Assembly (NCBI GenBank): GCA_027622665.1
Contig: JAQBYT010000002.1
Span: 256,001 to 320,000 of the forward strand
DNA: 64,000 nt
From: Verrucomicrobiota bacterium
Lineage (GTDB): Bacteria; Verrucomicrobiota; Verrucomicrobiia; Opitutales; Seribacteraceae
Direction: 5' to 3'
Shown in pieces: positions 58,959-64,000 of this stretch. Numbering within the stretch: position 1 is the stretch's first letter; each line of letters begins with the position of its first letter. The translations under genes and the position numbers were made by a program. Under the pieces are notes generated by a model that was given only the letters and a program-made list of their open reading frames with translations, was not told the origin of the DNA and did not search any database.

Positions 58959-59792
58959 ATGATAAAAAAATCTACCTTTGTTGTGCCTTTCCTTGTGTCC
59001 GGATTAATGGCTTTTGGGGCCAAGGCTAAAGAACCCGAAGTCCGCAAGGAAATGCGCGGGAAAACGGAGTACATGTTCATCGATGGGATCAAGGTTCATG
59101 AGACCGACCCGAAGAAACAACCCCAGCCCAAGGTGGTCGAACCCAAGCCATATGACGCAAAGGCCGCCAAGGCTCCCGAGGGTGCTATCGTACTTTTCGA
59201 TGGGACCGAGAACACTCTCAAAAATTGGCAGGCAGGTAATGGTGGGCCGACCAAGTGGAAACTCGTGGATGGAGCACTCGAATCCGTTCGAGGGGGTGGC
59301 TACCTCCAGAGTAAGGGACAATTTGGTTCCTGTCGCCTACACGTTGAGTTCGCCACTCCCAAGGTGGCCAAGGGCAATGGCCAAGGCCGTGGAAACAGTG
59401 GCGTCTTTCTCATGGGGCAGTACGAAATTCAAGTTCTTGATTCCTACAAAAACATAACCTACCCGGACGGACAGTGCGGCGCCCTCTACGGACGGGCCAA
59501 ACCCCTCGTCAATGCATCGCGTGGGCCTGGCGAATGGCAGACCTACGACGTCACCTTCAATCGTCCGATCTTCAACGAAAAGGGCGAGGTTACCAAAAAG
59601 GCGAAATTTCACGTCGTTCACAACGGTCACGTCATCCATGATAATCTCGAGTTGACTGGTGGAACTGGTTGGCGCGGGTCTCACTCAATTTCGGAATACA
59701 AGAAGCACGGGGACAAAGGCCCGCTGAAGATGCAGGACCATGGGAATCCGGTCCGCTTCCGAAATGTCTGGGTGGTCGAGCTGAAGGACTGA
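58959..59792 (+). CDS. DUF1080 / 3-keto-disaccharide hydrolase-like protein
   Basis: AIVLFDG, LHVEF, GRGNSGVFLMGQYEIQVLDSY, GEWQTYD and QDHGNPVRFRNVWV. Confidence 0.92.
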   Translation: MIKKSTFVVPFLVSGLMAFGAKAKEPEVRKEMRGKTEYMFIDGIKVHETDPKKQPQPKVVEPKPYDAKAAKAPEGAIVLFDGTENTLKNWQAGNGGPTKWKLVDGALESVRGGGYLQSKGQFGSCRLHVEFATPKVAKGNGQGRGNSGVFLMGQYEIQVLDSYKNITYPDGQCGALYGRAKPLVNASRGPGEWQTYDVTFNRPIFNEKGEVTKKAKFHVVHNGHVIHDNLELTGGTGWRGSHSISEYKKHGDKGPLKMQDHGNPVRFRNVWVVELKD

Positions 59793-59862
59793 TTTACATC
59801 GCGGAAGATTTGCTTTCTTGGTTCCTCTCTCTTTCATTTCGGTCTGGCACAACCCCTGGTCG

Positions 59863-60044
59863 GGCGACTCGGTCCTTTTGCGAGACACCACCGGCAAGGT
59901 TCTGCCATACCCAACAGCAATGTCGCAAAGATCGACGTAAGCCCCGTCTCCCTCATGCCGCCCGGGTTGACCGCGTCCCTCCGCCGCGACGAAATGATCG
60001 ACCTCCTGAAGTATCTCACTTCTCTGGGCATGAAACATCCCTGA
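59863..60044 (+). pseudogene. Frameshifted C-terminal remnant of a PVC-type heme-binding protein
   Basis: GDSVLLRDTTGKV / (frameshift) AIPNSNVAKIDVSPVSLMPPGLTASLRRDEMIDLLKYLTSLG, like the tail of the 48487 protein. Confidence 0.75.
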
Positions 60045-60052
60045 AACATCCC
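60031..60052. repeat. 11-bp tandem duplication TGAAACATCCC x2
   Basis: Read directly at the end of the remnant. Confidence 0.8.
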
Positions 60053-60087
60053 GCTAACATTTAGGTACTTCCATCCAGGAATTACCA

Positions 60088-60756
60088 ATGGAATGGAAAA
60101 CTCACGTTGTCGTGTTGTTCCTGCTTGCCGCTGTTCCATCGTGGGGAAAGCAGGCAGTCACTCCGTTGCACAAGGACGTTTCCTATGGTGACCACAAGGC
60201 TCAAGCGGTCGACGTTTACCTGCCGAAGTCCGACAAGCCGACTCCGGCGATGATCCACATCCACGGTGGTGGCTGGCGAGGTGGGTCGAAGCTGCATGTG
60301 CCGGCTTTTCTTAAACGGGCCGTGGCGGAAGGGTGGTTGGCGGTGGTGCCGGTTGAATATCGGTTTACGCATGTGGCCACTCACCCGGCCCAAACGAATG
60401 ATTGCCTGCGAGCGGTGCAGTTCGTCAGGTCAAAGGCCAAGGAATGGAACATCGATCCGACCCGCCTTGGGGCAACGGGTGGTTCTGCCGGCGGGCACCT
60501 TACGATGTTCGTTGCCTCGCATGACGGCCTCGCTGATTCCGATTCCGACGAACCGGTCGCCAGGCAATCGTCCCGCATCCAATGCGCTGTCCCGTTCGCC
60601 GGGCCGTCCGATTGGTCTTTGCTCTCCACGATCAAGCACGACCACCCGGCTTATCGCCAGTTAATAGGCTACGAACCGGGCACTCCTCCGGGCGACATGA
60701 AGGAAGCAATAAAGAAGAAAGTCTCGCCGAGAAGGCCTTCGCCTTGGATCGCTTGA
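60088..60756 (+). pseudogene. Truncated alpha/beta hydrolase (BD-FAE / HSL-like esterase)
   Basis: HGGGW and GGSAGGH are present, but the sequence diverges after KKVSP and lacks the downstream catalytic Asp and His motifs. Confidence 0.75.
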
Positions 60757-60821
60757 AAGGGGTCAATCCCCGGGTAGCCACCCTCCGAGACCTCGAGCAA
60801 ATTCTGAGCGACGCCTTTTGA
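60723..60821 (+). pseudogene. C-terminal remnant resembling an iron-containing alcohol dehydrogenase
   Basis: LAEKAFALDRLKGVNPRVATLRDLEQILSDAF-stop matches the NPR...(D/E)...IL..A(F/Y) ending of Fe-ADH proteins. Confidence 0.6.
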
Positions 60822-60946
60822 GCTGAACTACCCCGCTGGAAACCTGAATGACATCAAAAAGTAATTACCAATGAATTGGGAAGCTTCACAATACCCTCCT
60901 TCTACGACTTTTCATTTTTGGCCCAACGTTTCATTTGCATTTCTTT

Positions 60947-62341
60947 TCAGCGTTTGAGTTCTACCCGGGTGTAGGGACTGGAAAGGTAGGTTTTGTAGGG
61001 TATTCCTTTGTGGCGCAGGGTTTTTAGGTGGTTGGTGAAGAAATCAATCCGGGAGGCTTCGGGGTCGATTTTGATCTTCACCGACCAGTGGTTTCCTTCG
61101 CGTTTCATTTCCATCGACTGGTCATCCGGAATCATCTCGCTCAAATAACTTGGGCTACCGTCGGGCGCCCGATCGAAGATCCACCATATGCGTCCGTTTT
61201 CCTCTTCGGAGGCGGCGGGAAAAGAGGTCATTACCTTAATGAATTTTCCTTCCTTGGTATAGTTTACTTCAGGAGGCGTGAGAAGAGAGCCTTTCATTTC
61301 ATCGGCAAAGAAATGGCTGAGCAAGAAGGCGGACTTGTTCTGTTGATCGCGTTCGGTCATCGGATGCCCTCTTTTGCCATGTCCTGAGTTTGCCCCAAGG
61401 TACACCGGGATCGTCGGGTGGTTGGCACCTCCCCAAGCCATGTCGAAGGCCACCATGTCATGGGTGCCGGGATGAAACAGCATCTTGACTCCTCGCTTCC
61501 TTAGTTGTTCGAGGTTGCGGGAAATGAAGACCTGATCGGAAATATCCCGAGAAAATTTCTGCAGTTCTTTCCATTTCCCCCCGGCATCGAGGACGCGTTC
61601 GTTGAAATTAGGCCCAAAATGACCGCCGGAGAAACCCCCGCGCCTTCCCGGTTGTGATCGTAATTCCTTCCATGCTTCATCTTCGCAAAGACGCAGAGGC
61701 GAAGCCCAGATGGGGGAGACCGTGGCGTGCACTGCAGTCATTCGCTGATCGTGGAGGATCGCCATCGATGGAGACGCGCCGTTCTTTGATCCACCGGTTG
61801 CTGCGACTTTACCCTTTTCGAAATGATCCGTTTCGGCGTAAGCGGTGGTGATGGCCCGCATCAAGGTGGCGGGCCAGGCCCAGTATTGAATTTTGAATCT
61901 GGGGTTGAGGGTTTCGGCGAACTTTTTTTCCGCGGCTTGGGCCATTTCCCGTTGTCCATAAGATCCGGGTTCCTGAACCACGGTGGTGACCAGTCCGATT
62001 CCGCCCTTGAGGAATTCACGGTCGATCGGGTTGGGCCTGACGTCCTTTTGCAGTCGGGAAGGGACACTGCCACCAGTGAGATGGAAACCTTTTGCTTTGC
62101 GTTTTGCGGGCACAACCATGCGGACCGGAACCCGGTATTCCTGCCCGGGCCAGAGGTCACCGACATTGATCGTGACCAGCTTCTGACGGGTTTCGATGAG
62201 GCCATCAACCTTGTGCCAGTCTTGCAGTACCTTGATCTTAAGCGTGCTTGGGTCTTGGATCTCATCCATATCGAAGACCTTCATTCCAAAGGCTGGGGTT
62301 GAAAGAAAAAGAAGGAGAAAGCTGAGTGTTTGTGGTTTCAT
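60947..62341 (-). CDS. Secreted hypothetical alpha/beta-hydrolase-fold protein, PqaA-like
   Basis: Signal peptide, VAATGGSKNG elbow, PGTHD, ANSGHG and a beta-rich C-terminal domain. Confidence 0.6.
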   Translation of the reverse strand: MKPQTLSFLLLFLSTPAFGMKVFDMDEIQDPSTLKIKVLQDWHKVDGLIETRQKLVTINVGDLWPGQEYRVPVRMVVPAKRKAKGFHLTGGSVPSRLQKDVRPNPIDREFLKGGIGLVTTVVQEPGSYGQREMAQAAEKKFAETLNPRFKIQYWAWPATLMRAITTAYAETDHFEKGKVAATGGSKNGASPSMAILHDQRMTAVHATVSPIWASPLRLCEDEAWKELRSQPGRRGGFSGGHFGPNFNERVLDAGGKWKELQKFSRDISDQVFISRNLEQLRKRGVKMLFHPGTHDMVAFDMAWGGANHPTIPVYLGANSGHGKRGHPMTERDQQNKSAFLLSHFFADEMKGSLLTPPEVNYTKEGKFIKVMTSFPAASEEENGRIWWIFDRAPDGSPSYLSEMIPDDQSMEMKREGNHWSVKIKIDPEASRIDFFTNHLKTLRHKGIPYKTYLSSPYTRVELKR

Positions 62342-62351
62342 GAGATTGATT

Positions 62352-62535
62352 TTATTTTTTGTTTTTTCGATACTTAACCAAGGTGGGGCATGCCTGCCGA
62401 GTTGGAAAGCAAGGGCTTGGGGTTTTCTACAAAAGCGGCAGGTCGGACGTCTCGTTTGATTTCTTCGACATGGGCATCGAGTTCGACTTTCAATTCCTTT
62501 ACTCTTTCCGGGTATTGATCGGCGAGGTCTGGACG
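62352..62535 (-). pseudogene. Probable C-terminal remnant of a sulfatase
   Basis: The minus strand reads RPDLADQYPERVKELKVELDAHVEEIKRDVRPAAFVENPKPLL, a typical sulfatase tail with no upstream body. Confidence 0.6.
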
Positions 62536-62716
62536 TTTGTAAATATGGAAATCAGAGAAAGGGTTAAGGCATGCTGAGGAAGGAGGGCTTTAGTGTGATA
62601 GTGATGCTGCTGCGAAGGATTGAATGAATTGTCAGTATGCTTTAGCAATGGATAATGGCTCGATTGACCTGCGTTTTGTATCGTAGCGTGAGTGATCTTT
62701 TCTCATAACATGCGGG

Positions 62717-63532
62717 ATGAAAACTCTTCCCGTTTGGATTCTCTTTGTTTGCCTCATTAGCCCCTCGGCTCGTTCATTCGCCGACGAGGGAGTCGGGCAC
62801 CACCATCCCAAAGGTGAACGACTCAAGGTTTTGTCTTTTTCGGGTACCGGTTGGTATCGTCATCCGGAAACCGCGGCCATCAATCGCTGGCTGGTCTTGC
62901 TTGGCGACAAGAAAGGGTTCGACGTCGACGTGTCCGAGGACGGCAAGGATTTGCGCCCGAAACAGATCTCACGCTACCAGGTGATCATCCTCAACAACGC
63001 CAACGAATTGTTCACTATATTGTCTGAGGATGAAAGGAAGTCGGTCGAGGACTGGTACGCCGGCGGCAAGGGCATTGTCGCCCTGCACGCTGCTCTCGTG
63101 CACCAGCAGGACTGGAAATGGTTGAGTGATTTGGGTGGCTGCGACTTCGATAGTGACTCCGAATACTTGAAGGCCAAGGTTGTGGTCGATCCTGCCGCCA
63201 AGGAGCATCCCACTGTCCAAGGCCATGGGGACTCCTTCTGGTACGCCGCGGACTGGACCAATCACACCCGGACGGTGACCGGCCTCCCCGGCTTTAAGGT
63301 TTTGCTGCGGGTGGACGAATCAACCTACGACCCAGTCCGCGACTTTTTTAAAAAGCGCGGCGGCAAGGCTATGGGGAAGGATCACCCCGTGGCTTGGATT
63401 ACGGAGAACGGTGGAGGTCGCTTTTTCTACACAGAGCTTGGCCATGACGTTGCTAGCCTAGACACCCCGTTCGGTCGCCGGCACGTGACCGAGGCCGTTC
63501 GCTGGGCCGCGGATCACAAGGATAAGAAGTAG
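62717..63532 (+). CDS. ThuA domain protein
   Basis: Signal peptide, [26 protein letters not shown] and [11 protein letters not shown]. Confidence 0.9.
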   Translation: MKTLPVWILFVCLISPSARSFADEGVGHHHPKGERLKVLSFSGTGWYRHPETAAINRWLVLLGDKKGFDVDVSEDGKDLRPKQISRYQVIILNNANELFTILSEDERKSVEDWYAGGKGIVALHAALVHQQDWKWLSDLGGCDFDSDSEYLKAKVVVDPAAKEHPTVQGHGDSFWYAADWTNHTRTVTGLPGFKVLLRVDESTYDPVRDFFKKRGGKAMGKDHPVAWITENGGGRFFYTELGHDVASLDTPFGRRHVTEAVRWAADHKDKK

Positions 63533-63639
63533 GATTACATAGTGGGGAAACTCATCTGTCATTACGGTTATCGATTTTGTCTTTTTGCATGATTAGATTT
63601 CTTTTGCTCCATTCTCCGAATTTCTTTTCTTTTTGCTGC

Positions 63640-64000
63640 ATGAAAGCCTTCACCTACCTTTTCACCTTTCTCGTCCTTTCTCTGTCTGTCTCGGCCAAGA
63701 CCAATGTCATACTCGTCATGGCCGACGACCAAGGTTGGGGACAGACCGGATATTATAATCACCCCGTCCTCAAGACGCCTAATTTGGATGCCATGGCGTC
63801 GAACGGCCTTCGTTTCGATCGTTTCTATGCGGGCGGTCCCGTCTGCTCGCCCACCCGAGCCACCGTACTCACTGGGCGCACGCACGATCGGACAGGAGTG
63901 TTTGACCACGGTTATGCCCTTCGCGACCAAGAGAAGACCATTGCCCAAGCCATGAAGAAAGCAGGCTATGCCACCGGCCACTTCGGCAAGTGGCATCTCA
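63640..64000 (+). CDS. Sulfatase (S1), partial at the right window edge
   Basis: Manual translation: [34 protein letters not shown]...[12 protein letters not shown]...GHFGKWHL. Confidence 0.92.
   Translation, partial: MKAFTYLFTFLVLSLSVSAKTNVILVMADDQGWGQTGYYNHPVLKTPNLDAMASNGLRFDRFYAGGPVCSPTRATVLTGRTHDRTGVFDHGYALRDQEKTIAQAMKKAGYATGHFGKWHL

Noticed and set aside
63568..63996. 142-aa minus-strand ORF
   Set aside because: It is the antisense shadow of the partial sulfatase starting at 63640.
1..64000. CRISPR array, tRNA, rRNA, integrase, transposase or prophage
   Set aside because: I saw no regularly spaced repeats, RNA gene signatures or recombinase/phage structural motifs by eye. A covariance-model search was not possible, so small RNAs could be missed.

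Overview
A 64 kb bacterial chromosomal segment. Gene content points to the PVC superphylum, most likely a marine Verrucomicrobiota (inference from DUF1549/1553, DUF1592/1588 plus DUF1552, DUF1501, DUF1080 and PVC-type heme-c dehydrogenases). It is dominated by secreted enzymes for sulfated or acetylated glycans: five complete sulfatases, one running off the window end, and several sulfatase remnants. It also holds a sialidase-like propeller, a GH29-like protein, SGNH/SASA esterases, a beta-helix protein, ThuA and DUF1080 proteins, and a class II aldolase. Housekeeping-like genes include PPK2, an EamA transporter, an AmpG/RhtX-type MFS, and a neighbouring SMUG1-type uracil-DNA glycosylase plus PolX-PHP pair. 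I saw no rRNA, tRNA, CRISPR array, integrase or transposase. Two things stand out. First, erosion is pervasive: about a dozen gene fragments and deletion-fusion junctions lie between intact genes, and two long genes are interrupted by in-frame TAG codons. Second, several architectures are unusual: a tailspike-like secreted protein, sulfatase-VHL-beta and sulfatase-DUF1080 fusions, a CBM32 inserted in a di-heme DUF1592 protein, a tandem-MBL hydrolase, and a His/Glu/Arg-rich helical repeat protein. All family calls come from motif recognition by eye; no database search was run.
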